This document shows positions 48,400 to 57,595 of a stretch of DNA of 64,000 bases, one piece after another. The DNA comes from an uncultured Chloroflexia bacterium (lineage in GTDB: Bacteria; Chloroflexota; Limnocylindria; Limnocylindrales; CSP1-4): positions 214,210 through 278,209 of the forward strand of contig CAWGBA010000014.1 of assembly GCA_963820735.1 (NCBI GenBank), written 5' to 3'. A model generated the notes under the pieces. That model did no database searches. It had not been told where the DNA came from and saw only the letters and a list, made by a program, of their open reading frames with translations. The position numbers were made by a program, and so were the translations under genes. Every line of letters begins with the position of its first letter. Position 1 is the first letter of the stretch.

Positions 48400-49456
48400 G
48401 CGGGCTGCTTCGCCTGCGTCGTACGAATACGAGCACAGAGAGGACGATGAGAGCCACGACGATCACACCGAGCGCGAGCACCGGGATGGGTATGCCGTCG
48501 ACTCCGGAGGTCGAAGTGGACGGCGGGAACGGCGTCGGTGTCGGAGACGCCAGCGGGGTTGCGATCGGAGTCGGCACGATCGCGGTCGGGCGCGGCGTGC
48601 CGACTGCGAAGGTTTCAGCCACCGAGGCGGACGGGGTTGCCGACGTCGCGCCCGACGAAGCTGCCGGCAGGGAAGGCGAGCTGCTTGCCGACGAGGTTGC
48701 GGGCGAGGTCGCCGTGGCGAGCGGAGTGGGTGGCGCCGACAGTTCTGCCGTGCCGGTCGGCTCGGTCGAGGGTGTCGCTGACAGAGACTCGGTTGGTTCT
48801 GAGGAGGGCGGCGGATAGTTCGGTCGAGGTCCCTTGGCCACCAGCACGAAGTCCCCGAGGCGATCGACGTTGGCAAACCGCATGGTTCCGCCCGCGAAGC
48901 TCGACTCGAGCGGCTTCCAGGTGTTGCCGGCCAACTGGTAGAGCGTGGTCTTGCTGTCGCCCGCGATTCCGCGAAGGATCACGGACGGCTGCTGACCCGC
49001 GGCCGTGCCGACGGCCGTGCCGTCGTTCGCAACGAGCCGGATCTGGTACACGTTGCCGACAAGATGCGTCCCGGGGGGAGCCGGTCGGGGTGGCTCGATC
49101 GGGTCGATCGTCAGCCACGAACGAATGTCGTGCCGTGCGGTGCGCTGAACGTGTCCTTGATGGCGAACAGCTGGGCCTGGGGCGGCTGCTCCTGGGTCGC
49201 TCCGGATCACTTCGGGGAATTGACCGTTGCGCAGCGTGAAGGTCTGGCTTACGTGACCTGGGTCACCGAGCTGTCCAGGCGGCGGATCCAGGAACCGGTA
49301 CGGATCCTCGGGGATGTAGCCGTCGTACAGCGGCAGCGACTGACCCGGCATCACCAGATGGGCGCCAACCAACATCGCGAAGCCGACGGCAAGTACCGTC
49401 AGTCCCCGTCGCGAACCCCCTCGGTTGAGCCACGCGCGGACCGCGAAGCGCGTCAC
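48389..49456 (-). CDS. Hypothetical membrane-anchored protein: N-terminal TM, ~200-aa domain, ~130-aa Pro/Thr/Ser/Ala linker, C-terminal TM plus RRRR tail
   Basis: The GTG start overlaps the CPBP stop (GTGA). The tail is ...GVDGIPIPVLALGVIVVALIVLSVLVFVRRRRSSPRGW*. About 80 nt around 49110-49195 code better in another frame (GC3 about 85% versus 50%), suggesting a compensated pair of indels. Confidence 0.6.
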   Translation of the reverse strand: MTRFAVRAWLNRGGSRRGLTVLAVGFAMLVGAHLVMPGQSLPLYDGYIPEDPYRFLDPPPGQLGDPGHVSQTFTLRNGQFPEVIRSDPGAAAPGPAVRHQGHVQRTARHDIRSWLTIDPIEPPRPAPPGTHLVGNVYQIRLVANDGTAVGTAAGQQPSVILRGIAGDSKTTLYQLAGNTWKPLESSFAGGTMRFANVDRLGDFVLVAKGPRPNYPPPSSEPTESLSATPSTEPTGTAELSAPPTPLATATSPATSSASSSPSLPAASSGATSATPSASVAETFAVGTPRPTAIVPTPIATPLASPTPTPFPPSTSTSGVDGIPIPVLALGVIVVALIVLSVLVFVRRRRSSPRGW

Positions 49457-50142
49457 AGCCACCACGTCACGAGGTCGGCCAGCACGTGGGCGGTGCAGGG
49501 TGCGACCAGGCCTCGCGACGAGACTCTGAGCCCGGCAAGCCAGACGCCCGCCGCGATGTCGACCGGGAGGGCGCTCCACCCGTAGAACGGCACATGCACG
49601 ATGCCGAACAGGACGCTCGTGACCGCGACCGCGCCGAGGACCGAGTGTCCGCGCGTCAGCGAGTCGAACAGGACACCCCGGAAGACGAACTCTTCGGAGG
49701 CAGCCACGAGGATCGTCACGGCGACCCAGGCCGCCAGGCCGGCATCGGGTCGCGGCGCCGGAGCGAGCTGCCCGCCGCTCAGCGGAATCACGATGAGCGG
49801 CACGGCAACGAGCACCGCTCCGCCCAGCAGCCCAAGGCAGATCGCGGTGATCGTCGACCGGGCCGAGCCCCGATTGGCCTGTGTCGTCGCCGACGCCCGA
49901 ATCGTCGAAGGAAGAACCTGGCGGACAGCCACTCCGGCGGCAATCAACAGGGCCGCGAACACCGTGCCGTCCACGCCGGGTGCGACGTGCGATCGAAGCA
50001 GAACCCAGCGAACGAGCGTCGCTGCCGCGATCGCGATGATGCCAACGGATGCGGCCGCGAATCGGCTTGCCATGGAGGCACCCGACCGCGTGGCCGTTGC
50101 CATCGCGCCGGTCTCCGAGCCGGTCGCCACCCCCAGGGTCAT
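49453..50142 (-). CDS. CPBP (CAAX/Abi) family intramembrane glutamic endopeptidase
   Basis: ...ILVAASEEFVFRGVLF... (EExxxR), ...LFGIVHVPFY... (FxxxH), ...APCTAHVLADL... The ATG overlaps the upstream SBP stop (ATGA). Confidence 0.8.
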   Translation of the reverse strand: MTLGVATGSETGAMATATRSGASMASRFAAASVGIIAIAAATLVRWVLLRSHVAPGVDGTVFAALLIAAGVAVRQVLPSTIRASATTQANRGSARSTITAICLGLLGGAVLVAVPLIVIPLSGGQLAPAPRPDAGLAAWVAVTILVAASEEFVFRGVLFDSLTRGHSVLGAVAVTSVLFGIVHVPFYGWSALPVDIAAGVWLAGLRVSSRGLVAPCTAHVLADLVTWWL

Positions 50143-51546
50143 CGCGGCAGGGGCACGAACTTGATCGGGGCCGTCGCGAACGTGGCCGGCCATACCGCCG
50201 CGTACTGATCGGGCGCCTGCCACTGCTGCACGAGCCCGATCGCCCGCTGGTTCTGGCCGAGCGTCATCGGATCAGTCGAGAACGCGAGGCCGCTCCCGTT
50301 CGGCAGCGAACCCGCAGGCAGATCGACGGCTCGAGCCGCGTCCGCGATGGTTTCGGCGGTCAGCGGACCGCGAACCGCCGCGGCAGGCAGCACATCGTGA
50401 ATGAGGGCCCACGCCGCCGAGAACCCGGACACGCCTTCCTCGAGCGCGGATTCGCCGACCCCGTCCTCGTCCCAGCCCGCATCGGCGTGCTCGTCGCTCC
50501 AGTCGGAAGCTCCGTCCGGCTGGGCTGGCGTCGGCGATGGCGCTGGCTGCATTGCCGCGAACCGGCTCGCGAACTGGTCGTACAACGCTCGCGCGTCCGG
50601 TGCCAGGGCGGAGGCATTGAACGCGCCGCTCGGACGGTCCGATCCAAAGATGCCGACCACGTCGGGGCCGAGCGGAGTGGCGAAATCGGGTACGCATTCG
50701 GCCATCGTCGTGCCGACCAGCGCGCCGACATGCAGCCCCGCGGCGATCATCTGCTGCCGAAACGCGATGCCGTCCGGGATGTGAGACGCCAGGACGATCA
50801 CGTCCGGCTTCACCGCGGCGAGGCGCGCCAGCACGCCGCCGAACACGGGTGCCGCAGGCCGGGTAGGAGAGTCGCGCCACGATGTCTGCGCCGCCGGTGC
50901 TGAGGACTCGATCCGCGGCTTGTGCGACCTCCGTCGCGTAGTCGTCGCGCGCGTTGACCAGCGCGACCCGCAGGTCCGGGGCCGTCCGGCCCAGGAGCGG
51001 TGCCAGGGACCCGAGCACGAACGCGCCCGAATCCGTGCCCAGCGTCGTGCTGCTGGCGCCGACGCGAAAGACGTTCGGCAGCCCGCGCCCGGTGAGCATG
51101 TCGGCGACGGCGCCCGTCTCCCAGTAGACCATGCCGCGACTGCTGACCATCGCGCTCAACGGGATGGAAAGCTCCGACGAGTACGCGCCCATGACCAGGT
51201 TGACGCCCTCGACCTTCAACGCGTCGAGTACCGGTGGCGCCTGCGTCGCGGAGTCGATCTGGTGGACCTCCAGCGAGACCGGTGCGCCATCGACGCCTCC
51301 ATCGGCGTTGAGGACATCGACTGCGATCTGGATCCCATACAGCTCCTCGGCGGCGAGCGCTCCCGCGTCGCCGCTTTGCGGGAGGATCACGCCGATCCGA
51401 ATCGGTGCCGGAAGCTCGGGAGATGCCGTGGAGACTGCCGGGCTCGACGATGGCGGCAGGGCCGACGCGCATCCGGCAAGAAGATTGGCCACGACACCCA
51501 CGACCGCGATCGCCGCCAGGCCAGAGCGAACTCCCAGCCGGCTCAT
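50139..51546 (-). CDS. Type-1 periplasmic binding protein (Leu/Ile/Val-binding-like) lipoprotein; apparent frameshift near 50857; no adjacent permease
   Basis: Lipobox LLAGCAS. IRIGVILPQSGDAGALAAEELYGIQIAVDVLNADGGVDGAPV in ORF 50272..51546. The continuation AAPVFGGVLARLAAVKPDVIVLASH... is in ORF 50139..50846. Confidence 0.75.
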
Positions 51547-52128
51547 TTGACGGTGAAGATCACGGGGTTCGACCAGACCCGAGGGTTGAACGGCGCGTGG
51601 TCGGACGCAACGAACTCGGCCTTGAGTGTGTACGTGCCGGGGGACACCGGCAGGTCCTGCTCGAGCGTGTAGCTCATGTACACGAGCGAGTTGTCGAGGT
51701 AGAGGTGGACGTGGCCCTGCGTCGGGCTGATATCGCGGCTGGTCTGCTGGACAACCTCGGCGTTGCTCACCGACACGGTCACGTGCACGGTGGGGCCCTT
51801 GATCGTCGAGCCGTCAATGGGGGCGGTGACCGTGACTTGCGCCGGCGATGACGGGCGACCGATGGACGCCGACGGCGCGCTCGATTCAGAGACGCCAGGC
51901 GCGGAGCTGACCGGCGCGGAGCTGACCGGCGCGGAGCCGACCGGCGCGGAGCCGACCGGCGAGGAGCTGACCGGCGAGGAGCCGACCGATGGAGCTCGAT
52001 GGCGGAACCGACGCCGCCTGCGTGGTCGTCGCGGCCGTCCCGCCGCCGCACGCCGACGCCACGAGCAGCGCACCGAGCCAGATGGCCAGGATGCGGCCGT
52101 TCGCTGCCGTTGAAAGGGACCGCCTCAC
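51543..52128 (-). CDS. Lipoprotein with an Ig-like, DUF4399-like C-terminal domain; apparent frameshift near 51990
   Basis: Signal and lipobox in ORF 51886..52128 (LGALLVASACGG). The mature part is in ORF 51543..52073 (…TQGHVHLYLDN…TYTLKAEFVASDHAPF…). A 15-bp x6 repeat encodes the (PVSSA/PVGSA)n linker. Confidence 0.65.
51901..51990. repeat. Six tandem 15-bp units (gcggagctgaccggc and variants) inside the lipoprotein linker
   Basis: Read directly: 2x gcggagctgaccggc, 2x gcggagccgaccggc, gaggagctgaccggc, gaggagccgaccgat. Confidence 0.9.
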
Positions 52129-52577
52129 GGCACGTTCATCGGGACGACCGCGTCGATCGCCGTTCCATCGGGATTCATTGCCGTCACCTCCACCTGGTAG
52201 TTGCCTGAGTTCAGCGACCTGCTGCCGACGACGTGACCCGGCTCGAGGGTACGCACGGTCAACTGGCCCGGTCCGCCGCTCCTTCCGCTGGAAACGAGCT
52301 CGTTGAGCGGGCCCGCCTGACCGGTGGGCGCGACACGGAGCTTCGAGTCCGGGAGATCCCGGCGCAATGGCATGTGGGAGCGGAACGTGATGCCATTCGT
52401 GTTGATCGGGGTCCCCGCGTCGTAATCGCTCACCTGTACAACAACACGAGAGTTGAGGGTGTGTCGAAGGTAGGGCGACATCCGAGCACCAAGAGTTCGG
52501 ATTCTCGCTTCCACACGAGGGGCGGACGCTAGCACAGGTTTCGCAACTCCTCGGTATCGCCGTGGGCGTCCGCGCAA
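52125..52577 (-). CDS. Stand-alone copy of the CopCD C-terminal Ig-like module, no signal peptide (possibly a gene remnant)
   Basis: ...RVVVQVSDYDAGTPINTNGITFRSHMP... aligns with ...SFVMQIADYDTGAPVNGADVTLRFSLP... and LTVRTLEPGHVVGS aligns with LDARMLEPGHFVAD of the upstream CopCD protein. The first ~15 codons are poor in G/C at third positions, so the start is uncertain. Confidence 0.4.
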   Translation of the reverse strand: MRGRPRRYRGVAKPVLASAPRVEARIRTLGARMSPYLRHTLNSRVVVQVSDYDAGTPINTNGITFRSHMPLRRDLPDSKLRVAPTGQAGPLNELVSSGRSGGPGQLTVRTLEPGHVVGSRSLNSGNYQVEVTAMNPDGTAIDAVVPMNVP

Positions 52578-52578
52578 C

Positions 52579-54597
52579 TCATGGTCCGATGGTCACGGTG
52601 ACCTCGGCCGCGAGGTAGCCACTGTCGGGAGCCGCGCCTGTCACGAGGACGCGAACAGGGCCGGCGGCCAGCGTGGTGTCGGCCACGAAGTGCCCGGGTT
52701 CGAGCATCCGCGCGTCAAGCGTGGTGACCGGCCCCGGCGACGCCACTGGCGACTGGTCGAGCGAAATATCCGCCTTGGTCACGGGCAGCTCGTTGCCTGC
52801 CGGATCGAAGAACGTCGAATGGACCTCATTCTGCCCGGCGGTCCCGGGATCGACGTAGATCTGGAGCGTCCCACCCGAGACCAGGTGGACGTTGTAAATG
52901 GTGGGCAGCCCTTGGTTGACCTGAACGTCGACGGCCTGTTGGGGCGGGACGGTTCGGACGACGAGCGGTACCTCGACCGATGTGCTTCCCTGGACGATGA
53001 CCGCCGTCACCTTCCACGAGCCGGCGATCGAGAGGTTGCCGCCGGTCGCCTGGTAGATGCCTGGGTCTGCGGCCTGGAGGTCGAGACGCGAGCCACCCAG
53101 GCTCGGGCGTGCCGGCAGTGAGAAGCGCAGCGTCACGTCAGCGCCGTTGACCGGGGCGCCGGTGTCGTAGTCCGCGATCTGCATCACGAAGGAGTTGAAC
53201 CCGGCGCTCCCCGGAGAGACGGTCAGCTCGACGCGGACCGAGGTGCCGAAGTCGGAGCCGGCGGCGACGACCGAGCCTGAGGCCGGGCTGGCGCTCGGGC
53301 TGGGCGTGCCTGTGGATGGGCCCGCGCCGTGACTACCTGCTGAAGCGGGAGGCGCCAGGTTGACCAGGCCGGCTGTGAGCAACAGCACCACGACGCCGAT
53401 GGTGACCTCGGTCGAGCCGACGCGGCGCAGCCCGTGCAGGTCGACCGCCGCGCGCGGCACGTTGTGGAAGTGGTTGATGGCTCCGAGGCCGGCCAGGGCC
53501 ACGAGCAGAGACGACTTGGCGATGATCAGATGGCCGAAGTCGGTCGAGAGCAGGGCGTCGATCGAGCCAACCTCGGTCACGGCTCGCAGGATGCCCGTGA
53601 GGATCACGATGGCCAGCCCCACCCCGGCTGCCGTGGCGAAGCGACGGACGGTGCGGCCGCTGCTTTCGCGGGGCGTGCCGCGAACCGCCAAGAGCAGCGC
53701 GACCAGGCCACCCATCCAGGTGCCGGCGGCGAGGATGTGCAGCCACTGCTCCGTGATGGCGATCGTGGGATCGGCCTGGGCAGCCGCATGGCTATTGAGC
53801 ACATCCGCGAGCATCGCGGCCGCGGTGGCGAGGGCGATGACGAGAAGCCAAATCCGGGCGCGTGACGGCCGTCGCCACAAGAGCAGGATCCCGCCCGCCG
53901 CAACGAGGATGGGCACGCTGCGCGCGAGCAGCGGCCCTCCGAGCGACGTCGACAGCACCTCGTCGAGCGGCACGCCGGCGTCCGCCACCTGCGCGCCGAC
54001 TACGACGGCGGTGCCAACCGCTGCGAACAGCCAGCAGAGCGCGGCCAAGGGCAGAGTCGATGCGGAAACGGCGCGAGCCACGACGAGGGCCACGAAACAG
54101 GCCCCGAGCATGCCGATGAGGCCGAGGTACAGCAACCACCGGCCGGCGACCGCCGCGGGCGAGAGTGGGGAAGACACCTCGCTGCTGGATCCTGCGGTTG
54201 ACCCGGGAGCCGCCACGTTGACGCCGACGCCGAAGGCGAAGGACCCCGATGCCAGGTGGCCGTCGACCGCTGAGACCGTGCGCCATGACACCGTGTACAC
54301 GCCGTCCGGGAGTGGTCCGAGCGGCACCGCCAGCTGGGCGGCGTTGCCCGGGACGGCCGCCGCAGGACCGGCAGCCACGGAATGGCCGTTCACGTCCAGC
54401 ACGTCGATTCGCGACAGCTTGGGATCCGGTGCTTCACCGAACGTGATCACGACCTGCGTGGGAGCGACCGCCACGTCCGAGCCCGCAGCGGGCTCGGACG
54501 ACTGCGGTAGGGCGTGGCCCAATGACGACCATGCAAAGGCGAGCGTCATGAGCGCCGCCGCTGAGGCTGCGCGCGCCCAGACGACCTGCCTACGCAT
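52579..54597 (-). CDS. copCD: Copper resistance CopC-CopD fusion protein with C-terminal Ig-like domains
   Basis: 672 aa. CopC part: SLGHALPQSSEPAAGS...VVITFGEAPDP...DGVYTVSWRTVSAVDGHLASGSFAFGV. Then about 8 TM helices (CopD) and two extracytoplasmic beta-rich modules. Confidence 0.85.
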   Translation of the reverse strand: MRRQVVWARAASAAALMTLAFAWSSLGHALPQSSEPAAGSDVAVAPTQVVITFGEAPDPKLSRIDVLDVNGHSVAAGPAAAVPGNAAQLAVPLGPLPDGVYTVSWRTVSAVDGHLASGSFAFGVGVNVAAPGSTAGSSSEVSSPLSPAAVAGRWLLYLGLIGMLGACFVALVVARAVSASTLPLAALCWLFAAVGTAVVVGAQVADAGVPLDEVLSTSLGGPLLARSVPILVAAGGILLLWRRPSRARIWLLVIALATAAAMLADVLNSHAAAQADPTIAITEQWLHILAAGTWMGGLVALLLAVRGTPRESSGRTVRRFATAAGVGLAIVILTGILRAVTEVGSIDALLSTDFGHLIIAKSSLLVALAGLGAINHFHNVPRAAVDLHGLRRVGSTEVTIGVVVLLLTAGLVNLAPPASAGSHGAGPSTGTPSPSASPASGSVVAAGSDFGTSVRVELTVSPGSAGFNSFVMQIADYDTGAPVNGADVTLRFSLPARPSLGGSRLDLQAADPGIYQATGGNLSIAGSWKVTAVIVQGSTSVEVPLVVRTVPPQQAVDVQVNQGLPTIYNVHLVSGGTLQIYVDPGTAGQNEVHSTFFDPAGNELPVTKADISLDQSPVASPGPVTTLDARMLEPGHFVADTTLAAGPVRVLVTGAAPDSGYLAAEVTVTIGP

Positions 54598-54617
54598 GGT
54601 GCCGTGTCCGCCCTGGG

Positions 54618-55184
54618 TCAGGGAGCGGTGGAGGCGGAGGGTGCTGGGCTTGCGCCCTCGATGCGCGCCTCGAGCCGCTCGATTCGCGTCACCAGGTCGC
54701 TGATGGTCGGAAGCGTGTCCGGGAACTGGATGGCCGCAGGGTCCTGGACCGAATCGAACGTGGAGTCGCTTGACGTGGCGGTCTCGTCGACGGCCTGATC
54801 GTGGATCTTGCCAGAGAGATGGAACGTGTAGTCGCCTGATTCAGTGGGAATGATGGCCGCCAGGTAGTCGCCCTTGGTGCCCAGGCCGGTGTCCTCGTCG
54901 TAGCTGGGGAGCAGAGGAAGCGGATCCGAGGTTTGGTCTCCGAACGTGACCGTGACCGTGAGATCGTCGGGCGAAAGGTCGGCGACGGGCGCGCCGGTCG
55001 AGTCGGTCACGAAGGCTTCGACCGCATTGATCTCACCGACGTAGGTTGGTTCGTGCTGCCAGCCGAGCGCGACCGTGTAGGTGCCGAACTGTTTGACGAC
55101 GTGCGCGCTGACGACAGCGGCGGTGACGAGGACGAGAGCGGCCGCAACTGCAAACGCAGCCCGGAGATGGAGGGAGCGGATCAT
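54618..55184 (-). CDS. Secreted hypothetical protein with His as the likely first mature residue (possible periplasmic metal-binding protein)
   Basis: MIRSLHLRAAFAVAAALVLVTAAVVSA/HVVKQFGTYTVALGWQHEPTYVGEIN... The position between DsbA-VKOR and CopCD suggests a copper-handling role. The family is not identified with confidence. Confidence 0.6.
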   Translation of the reverse strand: MIRSLHLRAAFAVAAALVLVTAAVVSAHVVKQFGTYTVALGWQHEPTYVGEINAVEAFVTDSTGAPVADLSPDDLTVTVTFGDQTSDPLPLLPSYDEDTGLGTKGDYLAAIIPTESGDYTFHLSGKIHDQAVDETATSSDSTFDSVQDPAAIQFPDTLPTISDLVTRIERLEARIEGASPAPSASTAP

Positions 55185-55339
55185 TGGGAACCTCACAGGT
55201 GATCGATGAGCGTCCGGGACAGATCCCGGGAACAACGGTAGGCCCAGTGCGCTCAGCGGCGGAGCCCGTGCTCCCTCGCGCTTCCTGACGGCAGGGCCGG
55301 GGATGCACGCTCGAACTGGCTCGAACTGACTCGACACGG

Positions 55340-56554
55340 TCAGGTCTCCGTAGGAGCGCCGCGGGGTTGCATGAGCCCCACGGTGGCCACCCCCCATGCC
55401 GCGATCGTGGTGACGGCGTAGGTCACGCACCAGGCGCACACCGCGTGGATCACGGCAAGCTCGAGGTAGGCCAGGTAGACGAGGACCGGGAGGCTGGCGA
55501 AACCGATCAGATAGGCCAGGGTGAGACCCCGGCGGTCACGGCGCCGCCACCAGAGCACCGCGCCGCCGAGCGTCATCGCGGACGCCGCAGCGCCGAAGGC
55601 GGCGACGGGAATCCCGGCGACGCTCGAAAACTGGCTCTGCTCGACCGTTTCGCACCCTTGGGCAACCGCGCAGACGGGTGGCGTCCCGCTGAGCTTGGTC
55701 CAGGTGAGGTAGAGCGCCACGCACAAACCAACGAGCGAGAGACAGACCAGCGCCCGCCCGTATTCGCCTCTCACGGCGTGGGGCTCGCGCGCTTGGCTGC
55801 GACTGAGCTGGTCGATGATCGACGTCAGCTGGTCCCAGGTTGGCAAACCGGGGTAGAGCGTGCCGTCAATGACCAGGGTCGGCGTCGAGCTGATCCCCAG
55901 CTGGCTACCCTGCTGGGTCTCCGCGGTGACTGCATTGGCGTACGAAGGGTCGGAGAGCGCGGCCAGGAAGGTCGCCCGATCCATCCCCAGGCTGACCGCG
56001 ATGTCGGCGAGACGATCCGGGCTGAAGGCGCCGCTGTTCTCGGTTCCCTGGTTGCTGTAGAGGAGGTCGTGGTAGGGCCAGAAGCCCGGCCCGATCGCAT
56101 CCGACACACGGGCCGCGGCCGCGGCGTCGATCGACTCCTGTCCGATGAAGGCGTAGTCATGGAACACGAGGCGGACCGTGCCGGGGTCGATGTACGCAGC
56201 GCGAAGGAACGGCTCGATGTCCGCGTAGAACCGCTGGCAGATCGGACACTGGAAGTCCGCCCACTCGTCGATCGTGAGGATCGCGTCGTCACGGCCGATG
56301 GCGCGACCGTTCGCGAGGCCGGGTGGCAGCTGAACCTCGGCAGACCCGATCGGCTGGTTCGCCGGTCGGGCGAGCCCGTTGGCCGCCACGAGGATCACCA
56401 CCAGCACCGCACCGATCGCCGCTGCCGCGACGGACGTCAGGAACAGCGGCGACCGTTTGGATCGATGTGGCGGTCGGCCAGACCTGGGATCAGAACGCGC
56501 GCGCCGCGCGGCACGTTCCTTGGCCGGGTTGGCTGGAGTACGAGTATTCGACAT
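55340..56554 (-). CDS. DsbA-like thioredoxin domain fused to VKOR (vitamin K epoxide reductase homolog)
   Basis: TIDEWADFQCPICQRF (CxxC). The C-terminal 4-TM domain has ...PPVCAVAQGCETV... and ...HAVCAWCVTY... (VKOR Cys pairs). Confidence 0.85.
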   Translation of the reverse strand: MSNTRTPANPAKERAARRARSDPRSGRPPHRSKRSPLFLTSVAAAAIGAVLVVILVAANGLARPANQPIGSAEVQLPPGLANGRAIGRDDAILTIDEWADFQCPICQRFYADIEPFLRAAYIDPGTVRLVFHDYAFIGQESIDAAAAARVSDAIGPGFWPYHDLLYSNQGTENSGAFSPDRLADIAVSLGMDRATFLAALSDPSYANAVTAETQQGSQLGISSTPTLVIDGTLYPGLPTWDQLTSIIDQLSRSQAREPHAVRGEYGRALVCLSLVGLCVALYLTWTKLSGTPPVCAVAQGCETVEQSQFSSVAGIPVAAFGAAASAMTLGGAVLWWRRRDRRGLTLAYLIGFASLPVLVYLAYLELAVIHAVCAWCVTYAVTTIAAWGVATVGLMQPRGAPTET

Positions 56555-56684
56555 GGAAATCTCCGGGGCTGCGCCGAAGTCGTCCTCGCCCGGGATCTGA
56601 GGGGCAGTGGTGGCTTCTTACGGCGCGGGTTGCGGAACCAGAGCAGCGGTCGGCCGTCGCCGACAGGCCGCGTTCGCGCTCGGG

Positions 56685-57371
56685 TCAGACGGCTCGAGGA
56701 GCCGGAGGAGCGCGTCCCGCAATCCGCCGCGCAACCAGCCAGCGGTGGGCGACGGTCGCCGCGATCTCTGTCCAACGGGGCGCCGCTTCCGCTGCGCGAT
56801 GTCGGGGCGCGCGCTGGTCGCTCTGTCGGGCTGCGACCAAGCGTCGCTGCAGCACGATCTCGCGCCAGCGCAGCCAAGCGCCCGCGAGAGCGATCAGGAA
56901 GCTGATCGCGAACAGGACCTGCAGGGTCATGAGGCTGAGCACATGGAGTCCCGGGAGCGCGGCGCCGGCCCCCCACGCCTCGAAGTTCTCCTGGACCATG
57001 AAGCCGACCAGGATCACCGCAAAGAGACGGGGCAGCAGCGATACGAAATCACCGAGATACGAGGGACCATCCTCACTAACTCGGGGGCGCGGTCGCCGTG
57101 CTGACGCCTTTGGGGTTCGCCACAGCCTTGCCCGCAGCCGCGCGAGGCCGATCACGCCCGCGGCGATCGGAATGCCGCCGGCCACCAGCGCCAGCAGCAG
57201 GAACGGCACCCAGTAGCCGTGGCCCGTCCGCGCCATCGCCTCGCTGTAGCGATCGCCGTACTCAACGACGTAGACGGCTTGATGACCGACCACGAGGCCG
57301 AGCAGCGCGAGGGACCAGAAGCGTGCACGTCGCAGCAAGGTCAGCGACCCGGCTTGGGCGTTCAGCACCAT
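56685..57371 (-). CDS. Membrane protein of unknown function, paralog of 41886..42548
   Basis: The last 228 aa of ORF 56685..59147, from ATG 57371: ...GHQAVYVVEYG...ARTGHGYWV...VQENFEAWGAGAALPGLHVLS...IAGRAPPAPRAV*. The rest of that long ORF is antisense to dnaG. Confidence 0.6.
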   Translation of the reverse strand: MVLNAQAGSLTLLRRARFWSLALLGLVVGHQAVYVVEYGDRYSEAMARTGHGYWVPFLLLALVAGGIPIAAGVIGLARLRARLWRTPKASARRPRPRVSEDGPSYLGDFVSLLPRLFAVILVGFMVQENFEAWGAGAALPGLHVLSLMTLQVLFAISFLIALAGAWLRWREIVLQRRLVAARQSDQRAPRHRAAEAAPRWTEIAATVAHRWLVARRIAGRAPPAPRAV

Positions 57372-57595
57372 GGCGTCGCAGTATGCGCGGTCAATGGCGA
57401 ACGCCGCTGCTGAGACGGCGACGACTTCCCACAACGAGAGTGTGCTGCGTCGCGACCACAGAGGCTTCGTTTGACGACCTCCTCTGCTCGGGCGATGCCG
57501 CTCGCGCCGCGACGCATCTGGCAGGTACGATGAATCGCTGCGCGCTCCGATCCCGTCGGGCGGAATCGCGCACCCTCCCGGCGCTTTGCGAGCGG

